Below, piece after piece: positions 36,972 through 47,148 of a stretch of 64,000 nt of DNA. Under the pieces are notes generated by a model. That model was not told the origin of the DNA. It searched no databases and worked only from the letters and a program-made list of their open reading frames with translations. Positions within the stretch are counted from its first letter, which is position 1, and the number at the start of each line of letters is the position of its first letter. A program made the translations under genes and the position numbers. The DNA comes from Lama glama (Eukaryota), in contig CM052832.1 in NCBI GenBank assembly GCA_028534125.1, positions 19,222,001 to 19,286,000 of the forward strand, written 5' to 3'.

Positions 36972-38989
36972 TATTCCCAAACTTGGAAATGCCATCAGTC
37001 TTAATGAGGATGGTATGCTTATGATACTCGGCCCCTACATTCCCTAATAACTTGACATAGACATAGACATTCACTTCAGATGTTTAAAAATATGCTTATT
37101 AAATCATTTTTCTACTAAATATCTTATTTTACATATACAGGAAAAAATCCCCAACCGCAAAGCAGCATCCAACAGCGATGAACTGGAGTTAATTACAGCC
37201 TGACAAGCCTGAGGCTGGGGGCCCTTGGCATGCTTTGTGGGGAGCTTAGAATGAGAGGTGGGGCTCATCACAGACAGAGCCAGTGTTGTGACATCAAGCA
37301 GGACCACACCTAAGCAATATTCTGTTGCACAAGCTTCTGTCACACGAGGAGAAGACTAGGATCGCTTTGTTGTGATTAGGTGGAGAAGCAAGGAGGTTGA
37401 ACCATCAGGTTTAAATCCTCAGGACAGGACAAGAGAGAAAATAGTTCCCATGGGCCACTGAAAAAGAATTAAGCTTTTAGGTGCTTTTGTTCTCGCTGCT
37501 AATAATTCATCTTGATGAGACCGTCTTACTTTTAATAATTCTACTTTGTGGGGAATGGCAGAAGTAAAAAGCCTAGGAGTGCAATACTATCGATGGTGTT
37601 GGGAGGAAAATACGATGCTTTTTTCACCAATATTTAACTTCATAGACTTACAGTTTGCCCTTTCCAGTGGCCAGGGTTGTTATTTTTGTGTACAACTGGA
37701 AATTTCTGGCATAAAGGATGGCAGCCCACATATGAAGTCAGCAGAGAACAGTGATGGAGAAGGGGGGGTGATCATGTGTTAAGTACTATGTACATATATA
37801 TTTTACATACTCAATTGATCCATATAGTCAACCTTGAAAAGTAGATATTATTATTCTTATGTGGCATGTGATGATCTGAAGGCCCAGAGTATAAGTAACT
37901 TGCTCACAGTTACAGCCAATTAGCAGGGCATTTAGGAATCAAATGTACATTTTTGAAGCTACAAAGTCCAGGCTTTCCACTCTCCTCCCCTACCTACACA
38001 AATAACCTCCACCCTCATCTGTTGGATGAAAAATTCTGGTGGACTTTTCAGACCACTTGGAAATTCTGTTCCTAGGATCAAGGATTCCCTTTGTGAAGAG
38101 GGCAAAAGACCAAGGCAGAGGAGCCTCCCTCACCTCCCCTGCTGGGTCACTCCCAGGCCACCCTCTAGGTTGCCAAGTGTTGCTTCTGCCTTTGTCCCCC
38201 AGCCTAGCCGGTCTAATCCTTCCACCACAGCTAGACCTTGAACCTAGGGTGGTCAAAAATAACACCATTCCAGTGATCAGAAAGTGGGGCCTCTCCTGTT
38301 ACCCTACTTACCACCAGAGCATGAGGTCGACCAGAGGCCAGTATTCTTTTTTTTTTTTTTTTGGAATGAAGAAACTATTTGGCGCTGGTAGAAAAGACAA
38401 ATAATGGCCGGCTCCAAACAGAGATCTTCTGTGGACCAAGGCGGGGACAGCTCACCAGTATTCTTCTCTTGTGCATTTTCCATTAAGGGCTTTGGGAAGA
38501 GGAAGCTCTCCAGGAGCTTTGGATAGATAAGAAAAGCAGGGCTGGGAGAGGGTGTTGGTAGGACCTACAGGTTAATAAAACTCTTAGTTGCTGGTTAAGA
38601 CTCGAAGGAGCATTCAAACCATGGTACGAAGAGGCCAAGCACCTTTATGACTGAAGAACCTGCTGACCAACACGCAGTTGGTAAGAAGACGTACCAGGCG
38701 TCCTGCCACTGCTGCTACCTGTGTGGGCGGGGAGGAGGGTGAGTCCTGTTCTTTGTGTGTGTGAGGCCGAACCATCATGGATTTTGGCTTGAGTCTTGGT
38801 CTCATTTTTTTAATGTTATCTTTCCCCCATGTATTGACAAGGGATCATTTCTAGCATAACACTATTAAACCTATGTGCTGACCTACATGAAGGTGTCTGT
38901 GTTTTCTGGAATGTCTCCTTGCTGTTGTGGGATGGAGTGGGGTGGGGGACTCTTATTCTTTATGCTTCTGTGTAGAGGGACTTCCCTGG

Positions 38990-39258
38990 AGCAGAAGGCA
39001 GCAGACTGGTCCACCGCCTGTTTTTGTGCAGCTGATGAGCTAAAAGTGGTTTTCACATTTTCAAATGGTTGAAAAAAAATCTTATTTGTGACACCTGAAA
39101 CTTACATGAAATTCAGATGTCAGTGTCCGTAAATAAAGCCTTCTTGGAACAAACGCACACTTGTTTGTGCTACAACAACAGGTGAGTAGTTTCTACAGAG
39201 ACTGTGTCCCAAGCCTAAAATATTAACTACCTGGCCCTTTACAGAAAAAAATTGCTGG
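38990..39258. mobile_element. MER58B-like hAT DNA transposon
   Basis: tgaaattcagatgtcagtgtccgtaaataaag...gcctaaaatatt.actacctggccctttacagaaaaa. Confidence 0.75.
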
Positions 39259-39515
39259 AGTCTAGAGTAACACCCGTGGATTCCTCCTCCAATGGGAGAG
39301 GATTTGAGAAGGAACTGAGCTTAGCTCTGCCTGTCCTCTCCCCCCTGCTTAGACTGGCTGCCTGCCAGCTACCAAAAGGGCACATTCCCCTGGCCTCTCT
39401 GACGTTCATGGGCAGTCTACCTCCTGCTGGAAAATGCCTACAGTTGTGAGAGTTGCAAATTAAATTAAGGGGAGTGTGTACTTAAACTGCATCCCCTAAT
39501 CTAGTTTCTATCAAT

Positions 39516-39521
39516 AATAAA
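39516..39521 (+). promoter_or_regulatory. Candidate distal polyadenylation signal of KIAA0319
   Basis: AATAAA followed ~18 nt later by CA and then tctgtgt; last unique sequence before a repeat-rich block. Confidence 0.5.
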
Positions 39522-39596
39522 GCTGACGTCATGTTTTCCATCTGTGTAACTCTTGCATGGAAAAACTTGTGAAATTGGCCTAAAGCCTCTACTTAC

Positions 39597-39873
39597 AGTA
39601 TGTACTTCTTGGTTTTGATATTGTGTTAGTTATGTAAGATGCTAAGCACTGGAGGAAGCTCGGTGAAGGGTACATGGGACTCTCTTACTTCTGCAACTTC
39701 CTATGGACTTGTAACGACACTCCCCCGCTGTACCCGCAGACGCAGAACCGTGGATTCAGAGGGCCAACTGCACTATTTTATATCAGGCACTTGAGCATTT
39801 TTTTCCATCCTCGGGGGTAGTGGACCCAATGTCCTGTGGATACTGAGGGATGGCTGTATTTCAAAATAAAAAA
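39597..39873 (+). mobile_element. L1MC-like 3' end interrupted by a MER2-like element (~39717-39857)
   Basis: ggaggaagct.ggtgaagggtacatgggactctc...; insert ends gtggatactgagggatggctg|ta; host resumes tttcaaaataaaaa. Confidence 0.6.
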
Positions 39874-40561
39874 TCAGACAATGTTAAGGTTCATGACTAA
39901 CCGCGAAATCCTAGAAGCATTTCCATTAAAGTCAGGAACAAGTTTTTTAAAAAAGGAAAACCACCATTCCTCCTACTGAAGCCTCCCTTTTAGAGATGAG
40001 TTTAGCAAATGGCCAAATTTGTTTTATTTGAAGCCTCCGTGGTGAGTATTATTACCTCTGTGCTCCTGAAGGTGAGCCCAGAGTTGCAGGGCTGTCAGCC
40101 CAACAGGAAGAAAGCACACAGCCTTACATCATCTGACAGAACGCCCGAAAAAATGTCCACGGCCACTAAACCACCGGGACAGCAGTGTTGTCTGTGATCT
40201 AAACTGTGGCTGCTCTGTCCTGGTTAGCTGATAAAATGGATGCATTATGGGTAGATTTATAGAGCATCGATTTCCAAACCCATTTCCACTCAGTTATAAA
40301 TAGCACACAAATGGAATATGCCCATAGCATCTCAGCCCTCAGACTGAGACAGACCTGCTCTTATTCCAGACAGGTTCCCCGCATTGGATAAATAAAAAAC
40401 CACACTAATTTGCGTTTTAATTTGATGCCAGCTAAATCAGAGACGAAGCATCTGAAACAGGTGAAAATTTAGTGACAGAAAGAAATAGTAAGAAGATGAA
40501 AATACACTTGCTTATAAGCAGAGGCCTAGGCCAAGGGTGTAACAAACCCACAAAATATGAG

Positions 40562-40908
40562 TGTGAAAAATAAACAGAAACCTCGATTAAATGGTGTCGG
40601 GAGACCAGAAGGGGGCGCTCTCATACCCATGGTGATAGCTGAGTCCAAAAGGAGGAAGACTCTTCTTTCCTGGCAAAGACTCAGTCCAGGAAAAGCCATG
40701 GACTCTTTGTTGATTACAGCACCCCCAACCCCACCCGCTCCCCCAACTTCCTTTTCTTTCCTTTAAAGTATTCTTCTTCCCTTGCTGTGTAGGGACTTGC
40801 ATGTGGCTTGACATGGTTGCAGACTCCAAACTGCAGTTCTCTGTTCTTCCTGAATAAACCCATCTTTGCTGGAGAAACACCTGGCAGCCTATATATTTCA
40901 GGTCAACA
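40562..40908 (+). mobile_element. Probable ERV solo LTR (family not determined)
   Basis: TG...CA ends (tgtgaaaaat...tttcaggtcaaca), internal AATAAA ~40853, near 4-bp flanks tgag/agag. Confidence 0.6.
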
Positions 40909-41489
40909 AGAGGTAAGTGGATCATTTCTCCTGGTAACAAACAATTTTTAAAATCAGAAGCAGGTTAAGAGAAATGCATGGAATAAATGGAATGACAAAG
41001 GGAGATGTGTATCCTGTGACACTATTTTTCTTCCAAAGAAAATCTTACCTTTGTTCAAGGCCCACTGAGGCAATTCAGATTCAGTGAGGCCACATGAAAT
41101 TTCTTAAAATAAATGAACACTGGATGAAAGTATGACATGTTTTTTAAAAAATAATTAACAGTGACTATATCTGAATAGCAGGGTTTCAGAAAATTCCTCC
41201 CTCATATATTTCTGTATCAAAACCCCCCAAACTTTGAAAAAAGTCCACAATGGATAACGATGGCAGACGTAGAAAAGAGAGACTGGTGAATTTGAGAATG
41301 CTGGTGTATACTTTTCTCGGGTAGCAACACCTGCAAACCAGGTCAATTCTCAGTTTAGTTCAGCAAACATGTAATGAGCACGAACTAGGGGACAGGTCCT
41401 TCTGTTTGGAGGTGCGAGGGTCCAAAACTTCACAGGCTCCAGGGGAGCCACAACTAGCCGTTATTAGGGAAGGGAGCACCATTTCCACA

Positions 41490-42048
41490 TGCAGGAGAGG
41501 AAAAATAATGTTCCCTTTACCTTTCTGAGTTCTTGGCTAAGACCGCTGTAATAAAGGTTAGCGAGAGAAAAACAGAAGTTTATTAACATGTATACCTCAT
41601 GTGTACACAGGAAATACTCAGGGAAAAATGAGTAACTCAAAGAGATGGCTTAAAACTCCAGCTTACATAGCATCTTCAACAAAAGAGTAATAGATCTGGA
41701 AAAATGGTGAGACAGAGGAAAGCAATTGCAGGCTTTCAAGGGCAGAGATAAAGGCTAGTTAGAAAAATTTGTCATTTAGATTGCAGGCTGATTGGGCCTG
41801 AGGTTGTCTCGGAATTAACCTTTGTCCCTCCCTCCTGATAGAGAGGGGAGGGGGCGCGCACCTTTGTAAATTTGGGTCCTGCTTTTAGGCAAATGGAGGG
41901 GGAGGGGAAAGTAGAGAGCTTTTCTTGTATCTGCTTCTTAATTACCTTCTGCTCACAAAAATCCTTATGCCACAGTGGCGTATTTTGAGGTGGCATGTCC
42001 TGAACTCCTACAGTCATATTTTGGGGTGGCATGTTCTGCTGCCCTTCA
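41490..42048 (-). mobile_element. MER34-like ERV1 solo LTR
   Basis: Minus starts tgaagggcagcagaacatgccaccccaaaatatg...ggcataaggat...tgcctaaaagcagga and ends atttttcctctcctgca. Confidence 0.75.
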
Positions 42049-42164
42049 TACATTCCCAAACTGGTCTAGTAATATCCAGAGTAAACTCAAATGATGAACT
42101 GGCAAGGAAACACCCACAAACCAGAAACCTTGACACAGCAACAGGAAATTCTCTTAATTCCACA

Positions 42165-42170
42165 TTTATT
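42165..42170 (-). promoter_or_regulatory. Candidate distal polyadenylation signal of ALDH5A1
   Basis: Minus-strand AATAAA followed by a GU/U-rich tract (tttcctgttgctgtgtc...ggtttctggtttgtgggtgttt). Confidence 0.6.
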
Positions 42171-42862
42171 AATTACACACACACACACACATCTCTGCTG
42201 ACAAGACACTGACACAAGTATACAGTTATCAAAACCTGGAAAAATGAGTTACGGGCACATGCTTAAAAAGCAAAATATTTCCACACTTCTCACTACACTT
42301 ACTCTCAAGTGTTAGCCCATAAATTATGGCATGAAAAAAATCACAGCATAGATATTATTCAAGTAAAATGCTATCTACCATAGCTGCCCACGAATAATTA
42401 CAGCCCTGGGCTCCAGCCATCAGAGAAGGCAGTCCTGTGGCTTCTAAAGGCAGTTTAAAGTTAATAATATAAGTTTACAATAAAATAGATTTATTCACAT
42501 TGTGCTTCTGATCTATACTTTCATCGAGTCTTTCCATGAAAATAAGGGTAGAAGAACGAGCACTTGACATAAAATGGTATTTAAAAGCCACTCAAATGGT
42601 TAAAGATAACAGGTACAGATGAGCTTTTAAAATGAGAATCCTCCATAGCTGGGGAAAGTAAATTGAGAAGTGTTTTCTCAAGCCCAATAGACTCCTGTTA
42701 ACTGAGTGATTTTATCTGAGTTACGTGATAATTGCTGGGAAGTTCTTGGTGAACTCACTGGAGTAAGGCCGTGAAAAGTACTTTTGACACAGTAGGTGTT
42801 CAATAAAATGAAATAATGCCTCATAAATGTGGGCAAGTCAGTATCTCCCTCTTGGTCTAGCT

Positions 42863-43185
42863 CAGGGATTGGCAAACTATTTCTATCAGGAACCAAAGAG
42901 TAAATATTTTAGGCTTTGTGGGCAACACTGTCTGTGTTGCAAGTATCCAGCTCTGCCAAGAAAGTAGCCATAGACCATATGGGAAATGAATGGTTATGGC
43001 TGTGTTCCAGTACAAGTTTATTTATGGACACTGAAATCTGAACTTCATATAATTTTCATGTGTCATGAAATACTATTCTTTTGATTTTTTTCCCCCAACC
43101 ATTTGGGAATATGGAAAAACCATTCTTAGCTCTGGGTTATACAAAAGCAGATGGCAGGCTGGATTTGGCTTGTGGTCAATCCCTG
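42863..43185. mobile_element. MER58B-like hAT element, inverted relative to the 38990 copy
   Basis: cagggattggcaaacta...gtaaatattttaggctttgtgggc...tttatttatggacactgaaatctgaacttca...ccctg. Confidence 0.8.
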
Positions 43186-43649
43186 GTCTAATGGTACTTT
43201 TCCACTTCATATTGTAACATACATTTAAAAAAATCCATCATATATGGTTACCTTATTGAAAGGTACCCCCCTAAATGTTTATTTAAAAATATTTCTTATT
43301 TCCCCACGACCAAGAACAATTTTACTAAACTGTCAGCTATTTCCTTTTCAAATTATTTTAATTCCAAAATTAAGCAAAGATATTGTGATGAGTCTTGGGC
43401 CTCCATGTACGTACCTGGTGAGCCACATATATGAAAAAACTCAAAATCTGTCACGCAGCCAAGGCACCCACTGGCTGACAAAGATACAAGCGTATTTGAA
43501 CGTATTCCTCCAAACATTCCAAGCTATCAGTATTCCAAACTTCTTTTGTTTTTTAAAGAGATTGTGTTTTTTACTTATTTTTCAAAAGAGGATGAAGTTT
43601 GATGGGAGAGGATAAAGTTTCTTTTTTTTAATAGGATAACTTCAGATTT

Positions 43650-43788
43650 ATTTTTTCTAATTATTTTGGGGGTGTTAATTAGGTTTATTTATTTATTTAC
43701 TTATTTTTTAAATGGGGGTACTTGGGATTAAACCCAGGACCTTGTGCATGCTAAGCATGTGCTCTACCACTGAGCTATACCCCCTCCC
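43650..43788 (-). mobile_element. tRNA-Ala-like camelid SINE (vic-1-like) in ALDH5A1 3' UTR
   Basis: Minus: ggggtatagctcagtggtagagcacatgcttagcatgcacaaggtcctgggtttaatcccaagtaccccc...aaacctaattaac. Confidence 0.85.
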
Positions 43789-44199
43789 CAGAATTCTAAA
43801 AACTAATGTTAGAGCATTTTTATTGTTAATAGACTCCCCAGAGCATCCACAGAATGTCAGTGGAGTCTGCACACAGAGTGAGTGGAAAGGAAGGGGCTTC
43901 ATCCCCGTCTGTTCAGCCAGGAACAACCCTTATTCCTTTTCCTCGTGTCTCAGGATGGATGGAGACACACAGTACAGAAATGCCTAGAATTTTCCTAATC
44001 AGAGCTTTTCCTTCGGAATGACAGGAAACACCAGCCACAGTGCTTTTGTTTTTGTTTTTACACGATGAACTAAAAAAACTTTTATTGGATAAAAGGCGCC
44101 TGAAAGACAAAACCTCATGCCTCTTCTAATAGGCAGTTGTGGGAATTCTTTTTCCTTTCACTGTGGTGGAAGTGCTTTTGCAGGTGAAGGAGCAGCATC

Positions 44200-44699
44200 N
44201 NNNNNNNNNNNNNNNNNNNNNNNNNNNNNNNNNNNNNNNNNNNNNNNNNNNNNNNNNNNNNNNNNNNNNNNNNNNNNNNNNNNNNNNNNNNNNNNNNNNN
44301 NNNNNNNNNNNNNNNNNNNNNNNNNNNNNNNNNNNNNNNNNNNNNNNNNNNNNNNNNNNNNNNNNNNNNNNNNNNNNNNNNNNNNNNNNNNNNNNNNNNN
44401 NNNNNNNNNNNNNNNNNNNNNNNNNNNNNNNNNNNNNNNNNNNNNNNNNNNNNNNNNNNNNNNNNNNNNNNNNNNNNNNNNNNNNNNNNNNNNNNNNNNN
44501 NNNNNNNNNNNNNNNNNNNNNNNNNNNNNNNNNNNNNNNNNNNNNNNNNNNNNNNNNNNNNNNNNNNNNNNNNNNNNNNNNNNNNNNNNNNNNNNNNNNN
44601 NNNNNNNNNNNNNNNNNNNNNNNNNNNNNNNNNNNNNNNNNNNNNNNNNNNNNNNNNNNNNNNNNNNNNNNNNNNNNNNNNNNNNNNNNNNNNNNNNNN
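44200..44699. other. Assembly gap (500 N), probably hides ALDH5A1 terminal coding exon 10
   Basis: Run of 500 N; expected YFYSQDPAQIWRVAE...YVCYGGL* not seen elsewhere. Confidence 0.9.
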
Positions 44700-44786
44700 T
44701 TTCCTTCTCAAAACCCAGGGCAATGTTTAAAAAGTAAACTCCGGTGTCAGCTCGAGAAGTGATTACTATCAAGGATGAACAGTTAC

Positions 44787-44845
44787 CTGCCAACCCGACG
44801 TCAGTTGCGTTTGCGATCGCCACGGCTTCCTCCTCTGTATCGAAC
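44787..44845 (-). CDS. ALDH5A1: ALDH5A1 exon 9
   Basis: Minus: ggcag|G TTC GAT...GCAG|gtaact; FDTEEEAVAIANATDVGLA(G); 59 bp. Confidence 0.95.
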
Positions 44846-45348
44846 CTGCCAAAGTCAAGAGGGGTCATCAGCAAAATCCCAAAGGGGAGAGTAAGGAAAA
44901 CAGACATGTTTCCTCCTAATTTGTCTCCCAAATAACAGCAAGAAGTAAATCGAACTTTTGCAAAGAGTACAGAGGAAAAACACCATCATTCACCGCAAGC
45001 ATGCAGAGTTCAAGGCTGGTGATCTTGGATCAACACTGGTTCATCTCTTCTAAGAGAACAGGAGACACGCAGGGAACTGTGTATTCAGAATGTCGAACAA
45101 AATACCTTAAGAAAAGGATGACTGCTCTTGCTACCTACCAAGCAAATGTAACAATCATAACAACTGCTTTAGAAGCAGCCACAGTAGTAGAAAGGAAGAA
45201 TCCAGAGGATGCTGGGACCCAGGGTTCTAATGTGGGGGCCACACTCATGCTGCTGGACAGTGTGACAGTGCTGGGCGTCTGTTCCCCTTGGAAATGAAAG
45301 ACTGGTAGGATGGAAGCTCTGTGCAGTCTCTTCCTGCTTTATCATTTT

Positions 45349-45486
45349 CTTTTTTAAAAAAAAAATTGGGGGGGATGGTATTTAGGTTTATTTATTTGTT
45401 TATTTTGATGGAGGTACTGGGGATTGAACCCAGGACTTCATGCATGCTAAGCACACACTTTACCACTGAGCTTTGCTCCCCTCCCC
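45349..45486 (-). mobile_element. tRNA-Ala-like camelid SINE (vic-1-like)
   Basis: ggaggtactggggattgaacccaggacttcatgcatgctaagcac...taccactgagct. Confidence 0.85.
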
Positions 45487-46014
45487 ACTCCATTCATTTT
45501 ATTTCTGGAACAAGATTTCAGAGGCTGTTTTCTGTTGCCCCAGAATTATAACTGGGGGCCAAATGTCCTCCGCACCCCAGTTCCTCAGCTCGGAGACCCA
45601 GCAGCAGCGTCAGCCAGCCATCTCTCTGAAGGCACCGGGCAGGGCTGGCAGACTCCAGTCAATGCAAGAGGAAGACTGGAAGAGAAGCAGAGAGCTCCGG
45701 GGGAGGCGGGGTTAGGGAGCATCACCAGCTCTGTCTCCCTGGGCTTGTCTCTCCACCCATACAGAGCAAGCCATTCCATTCGCGGGAGAATAGAAAACAG
45801 AGCATCACCCATGTCCTCGCTCCCCACCTGTCCCTCCAAAGTGCAGTAATCACATCATCAGCTGTGACACCACTGAGGATTTTCACCTTTTGGGTATATG
45901 TGCTAAGATCGGAGCTGTGCTCTCACCATCCTGTGTCCCAGAAGTGTCGTGAGACTACAGCCCCCATGAACAACTGTGTCCCCCACTCCGCGACTTGACT
46001 CTTTATTTACACAA

Positions 46015-46240
46015 CAGCAATCATAATGATACCAGGCAGTGGGCTAAGTGCTTTATGTGCCTTACGTCATTTAAACCTTAACAACCATCCTGTGAGGCAG
46101 GTACTGATTTCTAGTCTCTTTCCCATCAAGGACCCTGAGGCTCAGAGGAGTTAAGTCATTCAAAGGGACACAGGTATGAAATAACAAAGCCTGAATCTAC
46201 ACCCAACTCAACTCCAAAGCCTGATTCCTAACCACTGCAT
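46015..46240 (-). mobile_element. MIR SINE
   Basis: ccaggcagtgggctaagtgcttta...aacaaccatcctgtgaggcagg...ctgaggctcagagg.gttaagt. Confidence 0.65.
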
Positions 46241-46978
46241 CCTTTGGGAAAATGTCAAGTTCATATTCAAGGTAAAAAATTTTTTAGTAAAACAAAGAAG
46301 ATGAAAGTTCTCCAAGTGGTCCATTTCCCCAATGTCAGATTACTATATAAGTTTCATTAGCAACGGAGGAGAGAGAAATATCTGGAGAAATAATGACCAA
46401 GAATTTCCCAGGACTAAGCACTTTAGATATTAAAGAAACACATTAGGACCGCAGACTGAAAAAGCTCACAGGATGCCAGACCCACGCTACCACGGTAAAA
46501 TCCAAGAACGTCCAAGGCCAGGAGAAATTTTAAAAGTCTTCAAAGAGAAAAAGCAGATCCCTCTCACAGGAGCAAGAACCAGACATCACCCTTCTCAGTA
46601 ATAACCCTGGAAATAAATAGACCAAGGAGTGGTATCTTCAAAGTGTTGAAGCTACGATTTTATCCAAGTAAATTATCATTTACTTGTGAATGTGAGATAA
46701 AAGATCACATGAGAACACAGACGCCCTTGAAAGAACTCTTTAAGGTTGTACTCCATTAAGGAGAAAAATGAGTTCAGCAGAAAACAAGAGAGCAAAGGAA
46801 AGAATTTGGTAAATTTTGTGGTCTAAATAGGCAATAATAAAAACCCACTTCTGTAAATCATACATTGGACTTGGCTCTTCCACTGACACAACCCCTCCAC
46901 GTGAACTGGATTTCTCTCTGGGTACCTTTTTCTTTTTCTAGTCTTTCTCTTGTCTTCCCACCCACTGGATGATCTTAC

Positions 46979-47148
46979 TTGATAACAGGGGCCAGAGGCC
47001 CGAAAGTCTCTTCCTGAGAGCAGAGCATGTCCTGGGTGACGTTGCTGAGCAGGGTGGGCTCAAAGAAATTTTTTCCAACTTGATGTCGCTTCCCACCTGT
47101 CACAACGGTGGCCCCTTTGGAAACAGCATCACTCACGTGTTTCTCTAC
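46979..47148 (-). CDS. ALDH5A1: ALDH5A1 exon 8
   Basis: Minus: cacag|GTA GAG...ATC AA|gtaaga; [56 protein letters not shown](K), contains EETFGP; 170 bp. Confidence 0.96.

Larger units (their letters stand above)
35984..39545 (+). other. KIAA0319: Probable KIAA0319 3' UTR (distal end inferred)
   Basis: Follows stop; AATAAA at 36205, 39132 and 39516; end is an inference. Confidence 0.5.
42150..44199 (-). other. ALDH5A1: Probable ALDH5A1 3' UTR (5' part in gap)
   Basis: Downstream of exon 9 and the gap; no exon-10 coding sequence visible; several minus-strand AATAAA (44081, 43017, 42490, 42165). Confidence 0.55.

Noticed and set aside
39524..39531. Perfect CRE palindrome TGACGTCA beside the poly(A) signal (another at 972-979)
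   Set aside because: Isolated 8-mers with no promoter context; chance occurrence is plausible.
43715..43788. tRNA-Ala(AGC)-like sequence as a real tRNA gene
   Set aside because: Has a SINE tail, mismatches, and several diverged copies in the window.
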